Origin: Balanoglossus misakiensis
Taxonomy: Eukaryota; Animalia; Hemichordata
DNA: 64,000 nucleotides
Direction: 5' to 3'
NCBI GenBank assembly: GCA_040954595.2
Contig: CM082590.2
Location: forward strand, 11,284,655-11,348,654
Shown: one piece after another, positions 14,622-26,785 of the stretch
How the letters are laid out: the number at the start of each line of letters is the position of its first letter
How positions within the stretch are numbered: position 1 is the first letter of the stretch
Position numbers and translations under genes: made by a program
The notes under the pieces: model-generated
What the model was told of the DNA's origin: nothing
Database searches by the model: none
What the model saw: only the letters and a program-made list of their open reading frames with translations

Positions 14622-14853
14622 TTAAGATTGTATGTGCCTCAAGATGATAGTCCTCCAAACTTTTGTGATGCTTAAGTGTGCAAGGAGTCTTTTTGAAAAA
14701 ATAAGAAAATTGAGTGTTCACTGTCTTGTCTCATTCAAAATATTGCACAGTGATCTCCAGTTTTATTCTCAATTTTAAGAGAATAATCTAAAATTGCCTT
14801 GAGCAAAACATAAAAGTTTAAGACTTTGATTTTCAAGGCGCATACAACCTTAA
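14622..14853. mobile_element. MITE with ~40-bp imperfect TIRs flanked by TTAA (Kolobok-like termini)
   Basis: Left end TTAA-GATTGTATGTGCCTCAAGATGATAGTCCTCCAAACTTTT. Right end, reverse-complemented, TTAA-GGTTGTATGCGCCTTGAAAATCAAAGTCTTAAACTTTT. Confidence 0.7.
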
Positions 14854-15874
14854 AGCTATAGTGTCGCATACATGAAGATTTACATACAAAGCATACTTTT
14901 GGAGATACTGTAAAAATATTAATTGTCACAGGGATTTTATTTCACTTTTTTAATTCGCTGTCATGGGGTGACTATAAAACAATGAGTTCTGTTGGGATGT
15001 TATTTAGCAAATATTATCAATCAGCGAAAATAGTGAAATATAAACCCAGTGATGCATTAATGTTTTTACATTAACTCTAATACAAGTGTGCCAACGAAGT
15101 CGTCAATATCAACAAACAGGTAGGTCTCCCTAGTGTGGCCCAACTGAGTGAGATGTCTGTCTTCAAAGCAAAATATGTACAGGGTCGAAACTGCTTGCAT
15201 GTCACGGAACTGGGCTGCAAGCCAGTTAAACAGTTAAAATGTCTAATATCAAATGATCTTAATTGGTAAGACCAGCGGATTTTGCTGTTACTGTATCGAA
15301 GTGTTAAACTCAAATTTAAACGGGGCAAAAGTTTGGGTTAATTTCAGGATGACTAGAAATGTTTCCAGGTACATGTAGATGGATAACCAATCAGACAATA
15401 ACCGTGCGTGCATTAATTCTGAAAAACAATAAATAAGACAGGGTGGTGATGTTTTGCTAATTAGGGACAGCCTTCCAGCAAGGAGAAAATATCACTACAC
15501 ACCTCATATTGTAATCTGAGTTTTGATTGGCACTGTTGACTGATAGGCAACAGTATACACATATTGACTGGTCATGAGGGCAACAGTAAAGTACGTAACC
15601 TGAGGGACTGTGAGTAACTCCCAAAACAGACTGTTTCCCTTGGCTTTTGGCCTCTGTTTCCAAGTCCAGTTTCCCTCAAATGTATGCTGTTACCCTCGTG
15701 GCCAGTCAATATGTGTATACTAATAAATAGAGAAAATAGCCAATATTTAAATCAAGTGGAGCTTTAATGCAGTTGTGTATACAGAGCAGTTGCTTGGCAA
15801 CACAATACAAGTAGTGAATAGAAAATGACTAATTATCTCTATTCATTTCTCATGATCAATCTAAACTCTGTAGT

Positions 15875-17377
15875 TTAATTCCACCAGTTATCATAGTCCG
15901 TTTCCCACCAATTGTCGTCAGCGGTTTCCCAGAAATTATCATCTCCAGTATCCCAGAAATTATCCTCCTTGGTTTCAAACCAGTTGTCACCATATCTGTC
16001 ATCATCTTTCTCCTTCGATGTGTCTTCCCTATCAAAAGCATTATCATCATCTCCACCCCATCCCCACCATGACCCAGTGTCTCTGTCCTCATCTTCATCA
16101 TCACCTGTGTCTCTGCCAGCATTCCACCAATTCCTTGATCCGGTATTGCCAGGTTTTCCAAGCCCTCGTCCAGTGTGCCAGTTGTAACCTCCGGTCTGGC
16201 CATGACCCCACCAAGCATCCAGACCACCTCCAGTCTGGTCATCACGCGGCCCTGGTGTCTTCTCAGATGGCCACTGACTGTTAGAATCTTCACCAGTTAA
16301 CAACGCAATCCACAAAGCCAGATCATCACCATTTTCATTATTTCCATAACCTGGTCTTGACTCGCCTTGACTGCCATAATCAGTCCATGGATTCCTTCCA
16401 CCACCTGTCCATGGGTTGCCCTGACGACCACCACCAGTCCACGGGTTGCCCTGACTACCAGAACCAGTCCATGGGTTGCCCTGACGACCACCACCAGTCC
16501 ACGGGTTGCCCTGACTACCAGAACCAGTCCATGGGTTGCCCTGCCGACCACCACCAGTCCATGGGTTGCCCTGACTACCAGAACCAGTCCATGGGTTGCC
16601 CTGCCGACCACCACCAGTCCATGGGTTGCCCTGACTACCGGAATCTGCCCATGGGTTGCCCTGACCGCCAGAACTCGTCCAGGGGTTTCTTTGTCTCCCG
16701 CTCTCCATCCACGGGTTTCTATATTGACCATCTCCTGTCTGTGGGTTACTTCCACGGCCTCCTGTCATCCAAGGGTTACCTTGATGACCACTGCCCATCC
16801 ATGGATTTCTTTGCTGACCACCCCAAGGACTTCCTTGACCTGCACCTCCAAACCATGGGTTTACATCACGTCCAGTCTGGCCATTTTCACTGCCTGTACC
16901 AGATCTTGAATCATCATCATCATCTTCATCATCATACCATGGCCAGCCTTGATCTTGAGTTGATCCGGTGTTTGGTTGCTGTGGTTCCCACCAGTTTCCT
17001 TGGCGATCAGTTGCTTCCTTCTTAGTTTCATTCTTAGAGATTTCTTTGCTGTCATTTGTTGGTTTCTCAGGAGTCTTCTGACCACCAATTCCAAGTAGTT
17101 CCTCCCACCAATCCGTCTCTTCTGTTGTAGTTTTTGGTGTTTCAGTTTTAGAACTGTCATCTTCACCAAACCAGCTTTTCCACCAAGTGTCCTCATCTGT
17201 TTCGGGTTGTGCAGTCGTTACGGTATCTGCATATCTCTCCCAATTGTCTTCTGCATATCTCTCCCAGTCATCACTCACATATCTTCGTTCTCTGCCGAGA
17301 AGTTTAGAGTTTGGAATGACGCCACCAACGACCAACTGCACAGCCACGCACAGTAGAATACAAACTTTATACCGCAT
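15875..17377 (-). CDS. Secreted Trp/Gly-rich low-complexity protein with QGNPWT repeats (500 aa), unknown family
   Basis: Signal peptide MRYKVCILLCVAVQLVVGG, furin-type RERR, 10-aa repeats QGNPWTGGGR/QGNPWTGSGS, acidic Trp-rich C-terminus. Acceptor at 17392-17394, upstream donor at 17903/17904, ATTAAA poly(A) signal at 15763-15768 (-). Confidence 0.85.
   Translation of the reverse strand: MRYKVCILLCVAVQLVVGGVIPNSKLLGRERRYVSDDWERYAEDNWERYADTVTTAQPETDEDTWWKSWFGEDDSSKTETPKTTTEETDWWEELLGIGGQKTPEKPTNDSKEISKNETKKEATDRQGNWWEPQQPNTGSTQDQGWPWYDDEDDDDDSRSGTGSENGQTGRDVNPWFGGAGQGSPWGGQQRNPWMGSGHQGNPWMTGGRGSNPQTGDGQYRNPWMESGRQRNPWTSSGGQGNPWADSGSQGNPWTGGGRQGNPWTGSGSQGNPWTGGGRQGNPWTGSGSQGNPWTGGGRQGNPWTGSGSQGNPWTGGGRQGNPWTGGGRNPWTDYGSQGESRPGYGNNENGDDLALWIALLTGEDSNSQWPSEKTPGPRDDQTGGGLDAWWGHGQTGGYNWHTGRGLGKPGNTGSRNWWNAGRDTGDDEDEDRDTGSWWGWGGDDDNAFDREDTSKEKDDDRYGDNWFETKEDNFWDTGDDNFWETADDNWWETDYDNWWN
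16407..16676. repeat. Coding minisatellite, 30-bp unit x9 with alternating A/B (60-bp) higher-order pattern
   Basis: GTCCATGGGTTGCCCTGACGACCACCACCA alternates with GTCCA(C/T)GGGTTGCCCTGACTACCAGAACCA. Confidence 0.93.
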
Positions 17378-18522
17378 CTTTTAGAATATTCCTGAAATGT
17401 ACGAAAAGGGTGCATTTCACAGTGACTGTTGGTTGGATTTTTAAAATATAGTCCTGTTTGATCCTCTGATCAATTCGATAAACTTTTATTACTTTGTAGA
17501 CTTTGATTGCTGTTTGTTTACATATCAGTTACATGCTGAGCCAGTGTAATACATATAACTGTGTTACAAATCGATTTCAAATGCTTCTCACGAACATTCG
17601 TCCTGATCTTGCCATGACGTTAATGTACAACCATAGTTTGATTACGCATATCATCAACAGATATATGTACTGACACAGTAGAGAAAGACACACACCTTAA
17701 TAATGACAGTGTCTGTTGTTTTCATGTAGAAACTTTTATGTGAAGACTTAAAAAGCTTGTAAAAAACTGCTCCCAGTCTTGATCAGAAAAGATCAACATG
17801 TTGACAACACATTATGAAAAATTGAAATTTTATATCTTCATATGGATATCTCCAGAACAACAGAAACCCACAAAATGATCAAGGTTTACTTGGTTTTACT
17901 TACCAATCTCTGGTTAGATTGACAATAACCAGCAACAGCCGATTAAGTGATTTCTGCACAAACTGCAGATCAGAAAATCGCGAGATATCGATATGAGTGT
18001 GGAACAGACTGAACTCAGAGAGATAAGAGAACAATGGGCTTGAAGGTTGAAGATCAGGGCCTACAGATATGCCAGGGCATGTCGGATGTGACGTCGTGGT
18101 CACATTGTAAATAAACACTTCAGTGTAAAATCTTTAGGTCTGGGTCTAAAACTTTTGACATAAGAGAATCATTATTGCTAATGCCAATTAATTCTTCTGA
18201 ACTTTCTTGGTGTTTTTTCGATGGATGGATTGGAGACTAGTAGTTGACTGAGTAGGATTGACCGTAGTCATTCTCATTTTGAGAGTCATTGAGAGTCAGT
18301 TTCATTGAATTTATTAATATTTGTATGAAATTAAACAATTTTTGTTTCTGTGGTGTTGTTTAGTTGTCAAAATGCCGTAATATGACTGAAATGTCAAATG
18401 TACCAATGTATCAAGAGTCTTTTTCCCATCTTCGATGTCGAAATCACTGGCCCTGATAAGAGTTCAGGTATGATCGCCCTCTTTGGTCATATGAGTGCAT
18501 CAGTTTCGTTTGAAGACATCAC

Positions 18523-18612
<90 letters not shown>
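18523..18612. repeat. (CAT)30 microsatellite
   Basis: Perfect CAT trinucleotide run. Confidence 0.97.
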
Positions 18613-18614
<2 letters not shown>

Positions 18615-21600
18615 CATTGCTGTCAGGGATCCTCACACAAAGCCATGCATAGTAAAAATTAAAGAAGATAATTTGACAATTTGTTGATAGTTTCACTGTG
18701 AGAAATTACGAAATTGTTTTGATAAAACAAGCTGAATTCAGACAATCGCATAAAGCTTGCTGATTTGCTGATACTAGTGAGAACACGCACACACATCATG
18801 TTTCTTGCAATTTTAAAACAGACAATTGCAGCGTATATTGAGTAAAAGAAAGATGTCATTTCCACGCAAGCACTCCACGAGTTGAACACGATAGTTATCA
18901 AAATTCTCCATTCCATTGATTAGAATTCCAAACACATAATAAGACTTATTCTTTTATTATAGTTTGTATCGTCCACAAATATTAAAAGTTTTAATTTACG
19001 TTTCCGTAAGTGACAGCACCAGAGAATTGATTTTGAAAAATTGACTCCAAACCTAGTTTAGCAACAGGTCCATGTAAAGCCAGAGTTTTAAATTAAATTT
19101 CTGTCCTTAAATAAACGTTGAGGTTAAATTAAAAACATGTCGACCGTGGTTTCATGAAAGACTGAAAATATGAAAGAAAAAGAGGTTATTACTGGAAGTA
19201 TGAAATGTAATTGAATAGTTTTCAGTGAACAAGGGAACATTGAGGACGAAGGTCACAAAGTATTTCAAGTAATTTCAGAATTCGTGTCAAAGGCCGACGC
19301 TTTGTAAATGTCAGGAGGATATATGTAGGCATTGTTGTTCAAAGTTGATAGCGTTGATAATACGTACTATCGTTAAGCGACCACACCGTACCTCTTACAT
19401 TCAGCCACTATATCTGAGAATTTAAGGATTGAATAATACTAAATAGACACCCGGTCTATACATTGTAGATATAGACAAATACTGAATAGACATTGGCTTG
19501 TCTCTGCACATGAATAGACAATGAATAATTGATAAAACAATGTATAACACAAGTCGTGATTTTATACACTTTTGAATGATCCTGGAATGTAAAGTCCCAA
19601 ATCCGGCATCAGTTATGTCATAAGCGCTAAAACTCAGCTTAGTCGAGCTTCCATGTTGAAAGCCTGAGTTTCGCAATCTTTAATATCTTTGCAGCACCGA
19701 GTGATAACAAGAAAGGATATTTAGCAATTGATCAGAGAAAATTATTAGCGGGAGTGTAGAGGAATGCCGCCAACAATTTTGTTTCCCTTATGCGACGAAA
19801 TGGCGTCTTTCAGTCTGTAGTTAGTCTGCAAATTTGATATTGTCTGTATGATGAAGTTTTTCTCTCAGCGTGTGTAGATCAGTGAAAGAGGGAGTTTGAT
19901 GAATAGCCAGGTGTATAATAGATTTAATGACTGATTAATCACAGTCAAGACCAACACGCCAATGTAGGCCACAAAAAGGTCAATAATAGGTTTAATGACT
20001 GCAAGGGAGCTAATAACCAATGGCGTGTAATAAGTTAGTTTTAATAACCTGTGTATTACATTCCATTGTTGAACGACTTCACGGTGGATTAAATATTTGC
20101 CGAATAGCAAGGGATAGAGACGCTTCGTTTCAGCTGATGAAAGCCAGTTGAGTAATAGAATTGTGAGTTCAATTTTCCCTAATTCTCCTTAGTTTTACAA
20201 CTTTATCTCACTTCAGGTGAAAATCTCAGCTCAGGTGAAGTGATAACAATTTAGGTCAAATTGCCTGATTGTATTGAAAGATTTCACTCCACATATTATC
20301 ACACCAGTGCGAGATACACGGTCATGTGACTGACATGTGATACCCTTAGTGTTTCATGATGTAAACCTAGCTTTCTGTATCTGCCAACTCCTGCCCATCA
20401 AGTTTAAATGTAACAATTTTTGTTCAACTGATCTGCACCTTTTCTGGTTTCATACAAAGCTTGACTTGAATTTACTTGGCTAGCAACCAGTTGCTATGGT
20501 AATTAACAAGATCTTGCATTAGCAGAAAATCGTCTTTTCTAGTGGTGATCTGGATACAGAGAAAGTAGAACTCAGCAACTCAAAGAGAGCAAAAATGTAG
20601 TTTTTAAGGAGTTGAGGTAATTATCCTGTGGGTGAAGTATAAAATGGCATCATTTCTGTAGACAGACTTCTCTTGTTACCGGTATGTAAATGTGACATTC
20701 TTAGAGGTAATAATGCATATGGTTTAACGAAATAACTCAGAGCAGCCAGAATTTACTGTGTCCAGATGTGCAAGTCTAGAACAAGTGATCTCCAAGTATA
20801 CTTACATGTATTCAAGTACCCATTGCCTCAAAACCCATATGCAAATTAAATAATCATGTGATTTGGGTATTGATGAAACTAAACTCTACCGTATAACTTT
20901 GTTTTATTTGGTCTGTTGTCTGACCAGCAGAATCTTTATAGTATGTAAGGGGGCTGCCATTAAACCAGAGAAAGACCTGTACTGATACAGAGTAACTCTC
21001 AACGAAACTGCACAACGAAACTAATAAATATAGCTTATCTGATATTCTCATCAATTGTTGGTAATTGCAGATTCGACGCAACATTTAAACTCCAAGAAAT
21101 AGCAATCAAAGCTGATAATATGTACGGTCACGGTTTAAATCTGTAAAAATCGTTTTGTGTGGGGCACGGGTGAAGTACAAGTTATTGGATGGCGTGTCTT
21201 GTGCAAATATTTAATCCTGCAACTGTGTCGATACCCCTATAAAATTATAAAACATTTTGAATATTGATAAATTTATGAATATGACTGATCAATAAATTAT
21301 TAACCCTACTTCAGTAAACAGCTTTCTTGAAATATTGAGAAGCTTTTCAATTCTTTTCTGTTCACTTGGTCGCAGTGTTTGAAAATTATATTTATAAATA
21401 ATATTAACATTTCCATTTTATATCTGTGATACTATCAACACTATAGTGTTAAGATTTGACGCTTTATTGAAGAAGTCATGCTTTTATCAGAATTTAGATG
21501 CAGGCTCAGCAATATCATGTACCCAGATATGGCCTAGAATAAATTCTACTCGGCCTGCATGTTGATTGAAATGTAGATGCATTGATAAATAAAGACATTG

Positions 21601-24600
21601 GAGATTTGTCTGTGATGACATGCCGTTATTCACTAAAATATAATCTGAGAAAGCCCAAGCTGTGGTCACATGGTTATATTCACTGAGAAGTAATTGGCGG
21701 TTGCAAATTGATGCATTGTTCGTGTTTGAGTAAGTTTGAGTTAAAATGTACAGTCTACCCATGAAACACACAGCAATGTCATCGCAATTTATTTTAATTA
21801 AATACAAAGTGACGGTCCGATGATAGATGCACGGTGTCTATGATGACAAATTCATCCAGATGATTAGAAAAGTATGGGATTATCAAGTACAGTCTAATAA
21901 AAACACCACTTTTCGAAATTGATCATTAAACAGCCAACAGATGCTGAGGCAATAGACGCTCACTGATTGAAAACAGAAATCTTTGTGCTTAATTGAGGCA
22001 GTGAAATAATGACACTAGATTTGACTCAATTTGATATCTGCCTCTGGCTGTTGACAGACAGGAAACCAAAATGTTGACCTAGATGATTGATTTCACAGTT
22101 TCCTCAGCAAAACTCGTCTCTACTTTTTCCAATTTATTTCCCAAATTAAAGACGTTATTTCATTTCGGCCATGTTCCCAGTATAGGTGTGTGTACTATGG
22201 TCGCTATGTTCTAATTTACGGGAGAAATATTTAATATAAACGCCAATACAATTTGGTGGACATTGCAGTTTCAACCCCCCTAAGCTGTTGTGGCTTCCTG
22301 TGGAGGTTGATTTCAATTATGCCCTGACCTGAGTGATATGTCTGCCAGGTTGAAAGCAAAATACCATGGCAACAAAAAATGTTTATGTTGAGTATTTATA
22401 TAGCCAATGGTTTTATAACATAATTAGTATTAATAACCGCATGACTAATGAGTTTCTCTCACTAATTAAATGAAGTTGTGCACCAGAAAATTAATCCTTT
22501 CTGTCCATTTACCATCACTCTGAATTCTGTTTGAAGTATGGTACATTCCAAGACAGCCCAAATGAATTTTCATTCAAATTCCGGGTAATATCTTCTGAAA
22601 TAAAGTAATCTTGCATTTTCAATCAAGTCAACTCCTAGACGGTACGTTTTTGTATTGCTTCGCAAAACTGCACCAGGAACAAGTTACAAAATGATTGACA
22701 ACTGTAAGATTCATTTCTATGTATTCCGTGATTTCCTTTTCGCACTGTTATTTGCATCTCAGCGAATCTTTCTTTGGATTTGTGTAAAACGTATTCTCAA
22801 TACCGTTCCGTTTTAATGTGTTTCTCTATCTATCTCAGTCTATCAGTCTGTCTGTCTGTCTGTCTCTTTCTCTCCCAACCACCACATTTACATCCACCCA
22901 TCCCCGTCAGGATATTTCCATTTAAATTAATTACTGTCAGAGATGTGATAAAAAAAAATTGGTATACAAGATATAGCGTTTATGAAAAACCAAGCTTGCT
23001 TTGGCTGTCAAAAATGTTTGTAAGCTTTACATGGATGTAGCTGTTTGGCAGTTTTTGAACTTTATGCGGTATTCAGACACAAATATTTTATGAAGCATGT
23101 AGAAAAACCAATATATCTATTTTGGCTGCATTTTAAAATATATTTTATTCATTTATTCTGTCATCCGTCAAAGCTAAGCAATGGGGCAGATTGGGGTGTT
23201 GGTGCTGAAAGATTTCGTCTTTGATTTATGTGTTTGTCCTATTTTGAATCTGAGCAGATAAAAATACCGGCATGTAAAGTAAATCTCCTTTTTGTGTTTC
23301 GTATTCCCCGAAGAGTGCATGCATGTAAAACACTGTATGTGTAGATTGAGGGCCAGGCATTATTGCGCAGTCTCTGAATCAACTCATTTTCAGACTCCAG
23401 GTGAAGGCAGAATATAGGGCGCATCAACACACTTCTACTCAACAAAAACCCATTTGAAATTGATAACACAGATGTAAGAGATATATTCTGAATACAAAGA
23501 CTGATGATGGAGCTGTAAAAAATTAGAACATTTGTGAGAAAGTCATGATAGCGGCATGTTTTACAGTCCCGTGAATGAAACTGAAAATGACCAATTATAT
23601 CTATTGATCGGTGGCCGATATTGCATACATATAAGTATTGGCAAAGTTGAGATTTACTTTACTTTCTGTTAAACGCTTCAGTGAAAGTGTTTTTTTCACA
23701 CCAATTGTCTTTTATTTAACCATGGAAATGCATTATGTCCAAAATTGATTCGAGGTTCATTGAATATCACGTGACATTGTCAAATATAGTCTTTATGCGT
23801 TTTTTTCCGGTTCTATGACGTCATACTCTGTATACGCTGAGAAACGGTCGTTAAAATATCTTTTATTCATCATTCCGCAAAAGTGTTACATTTTTCCGAT
23901 ATTCTACAAGAATCTCTTTTGTTGTTTACTTGGAACAAAACAATTGTTTATTCTTTAACTAAACAAATCCCTCAAAACTATCCCTGAAACGCGACTTTTG
24001 TATATTAAATTGTGTGCTGTTTTGCACTCTTGTTTTGTGTGTATGTGTGTACTCCGTATGATGTACCATGTATATGAACGTACATATGCATATTAACAAA
24101 CTTTTGATTGGCTGGATGAAGTCAGCTGATCCTTTGCTTTGACATTGTGTCGTTGACATGTATGTTTAATGTATATTTGCCCCGGAGCTAATGAAATGGA
24201 TAACTATGACTATGCACCTCGAAACTTCCATTGATTGCGGTCTTTCATTTGTCATTTGAAAAGCACCGAACGGCATACCTGTAGCAATGGACACAAAATG
24301 AATCATTCATCTCAATAATCGATTTCATTCTCATATTTTATTCCAACAAAAGTGCAATACACTTTGTGTGATTATTCAAATTTATCTTCAATCATTACAG
24401 AAGAAGATATTGGCTATTTGTAACTGGTACAACCGGTAAATCCTAAAATTTTAATGTTATTAGTATCGATAAATGCATGCTTATGAAAATCTCTAGGTAT
24501 AAGTTCTTGATGAAAGCAGTCAACTGGGACAAATGTCTTCTAGTTGAGTAGGTACTCTACTTTGAATGAACGGACAGCAGTCACATTGACTTTATGACTG

Positions 24601-26659
24601 AGAGGCACGGGTATTGTCACTTGAAAGTCTGAGCGATTTGTGTTCTCCAGGTCTCTGATCAGGATTGGGTCAATTGATGCTGATAAATGTATTTGGTGTT
24701 AAACTGAATCTTGTGTGCATGCGATGGAATTCATAGAGAGGCTAGATGGATAGTGTCTAAACTTGATCAAACAGACATTGACAGGAAGCTGCTGTCAAGA
24801 AGTCAGCTGTCCTTGAAAGAGGGCAACCCTCTCGATCAAAGCTCAATTGTATTTTCTAACAAAATCAACAGAGGCGTAATGAGTGGTCAACCTTTTACCC
24901 ACAATGCATTTGAACACCCCTCTATGTGTAACTCCCCCAACAGCAAGAGAACCCTTGTTACCTGTGCGTTTATATGAACCTGCTTCATTTGTTTCATGAC
25001 TGATAATTTTAGTACTTGGGTTAATATAAGCATTTGATATCGACAATAATCCAGTGTCTATCCTCTTGCAACTTGACTAATTCTGATTTCATCTTGTTAT
25101 TTCTAATAACCAATGATAATAATGTTGTCAGCGTCAGGAATTTGGGTCATAAAAACTGGGTCATTTGTAAACCCTGTGACATTAATGACCAAACCCATCG
25201 TATTTATTACAAGTAATTACTTGTTGTATTCAATGCAGGGGATGACTTCACCGTTGCTATGGAAATTGCCAAAGTTATCATTCGTCCACATAAAACTTCA
25301 TTTTACTGTTTGGAATGAGCTGGTTATTCAAGTTTTAAAAATTTATTAGAAATAAAACAAACATTATGTGTATCATTTCAATGTAAACATTTTCACTTTG
25401 AAGGCTGATTGTCTAAATAAGTTAAAAAAACAACGAATGTAAAAAATCCCAGTCGGACACAGAACTTTTGACTGAATGTTTTTTATCTATATTGAAAGCT
25501 TTACCTCTCTGTACTTTTTTTCAATACGACATTTCAACACTGATGAAAATTTCAGTGGCGAAAGAGCAATCGCTCGAACAAGAAATTTAGCAAGCTTTTG
25601 TGAGTTCAACCATAGCGTTGCGATAAATAGGCAATTTATGGTAACGCCAGATGTTAGAGTCACCTCTTTGCTTGATGTGTCGAATTCAGGCACACACTTG
25701 GAATGGTTTGTGTTCGTCCTAATTGACTAAAAAATCAAAAGCAAAATACATTAGATGATGTCAATTAGGATAGCATAAAGCATGATGTTCTTAGACTCTT
25801 AGCATGACAGCTTGTAAACTACTTCCGTTTAATGTCAATTTTCTGGTGTATTAAGATTTTGTATGAATCTGTCACATGAGTCTGTTTGAGCTGACTAATG
25901 TCGTTTGACGCACGCGTCAATGGACTCCCTGCTTTGACCAGGTAACCTTTTCTAAATCTCCTTCGAAATAACAATTGAATTAGTTAAGGTTACGGATTAC
26001 AAGGTTAGGATTTAAGATTGATTGACTTAAATTGACGGAACAATTACTCTACAGACAATGAATATTCATTAATAATAGATAACCCAAGGAAGTGATGATG
26101 AGTTAGTCAGAAACATGAATACAATGAGAGACGTGTTCACCTAGAGATATTTGATGTCAAATACTGCAGGGAAATAGCCAGTATCTGTTAATGAATTGAA
26201 AAACACTGAATGGTCGCTGACTGTGAATGAAAAATGAAATTAGACTGGCGACAGTGTCAATACTGTTATAAAGGAAAAGTTACAACAGGGACCAAGGCCA
26301 TAGCGATGTCTTCTTCTCTGGTGTCATGTTGCCAGCGTCCCAGCATATTTTTCCAATCTGAGTGAAAAGTGGGAAGGCTACCCACATCAACCTAGGTCAT
26401 ATAAACCGTTTATTAAAGGTAATCTGTTGAAAAAATCATAATAAACCATTTCTTAAATGTAATCAGTTCAAAAAAGTCATTCTGTGTGTCTTATGCCGTT
26501 AGTAAGTTTGAGAAAAGATGTTTCAATTTGTTTTTATGTGAGTTAACTCAAGCTTTAATAAGTGAATAAAATTTACAGAATTATTAACATATCGTAATAA
26601 ATTCAAAATTATGTGAGTCTAATCTATGTTACATTTCAACTATCCCTCTCTCATTTTCT

Positions 26660-26785
26660 CTCTGTCTGTCTGTCTGCCTGCCTGCATGTCTGTCTCTGTC
26701 TGTCTGTCTGTCTATCTCTTTATCGCTCTGTCTATCTGCCTCAACTCTCTGCTTTATCTGTCTGTGTCTGTCACACTCACACACA
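26660..26785. repeat. Degenerate (CTGT)n/(CT)n simple repeat
   Basis: Runs of tctgtctgtc, ending in a short CA repeat. Confidence 0.75.

Noticed and set aside
16407-16676. CRISPR-like appearance of 30-bp repeats
   Set aside because: No unique spacers and no cas genes; it is an in-frame coding minisatellite in a eukaryotic gene.
15856-17384. Several long overlapping ORFs on both strands across the GNPW gene
   Set aside because: They are shadow frames kept open by the 30-bp repeat and biased codons; only 15875-17377 (-) has a signal peptide and splice context.
18398-18696. Poly-Ile and poly-Met ORFs
   Set aside because: Translations of the (CAT)30 microsatellite.
20120-20160. Hammerhead-ribozyme-like CTGATGA
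   Set aside because: No stem II followed by GAAA in the required order on either strand.
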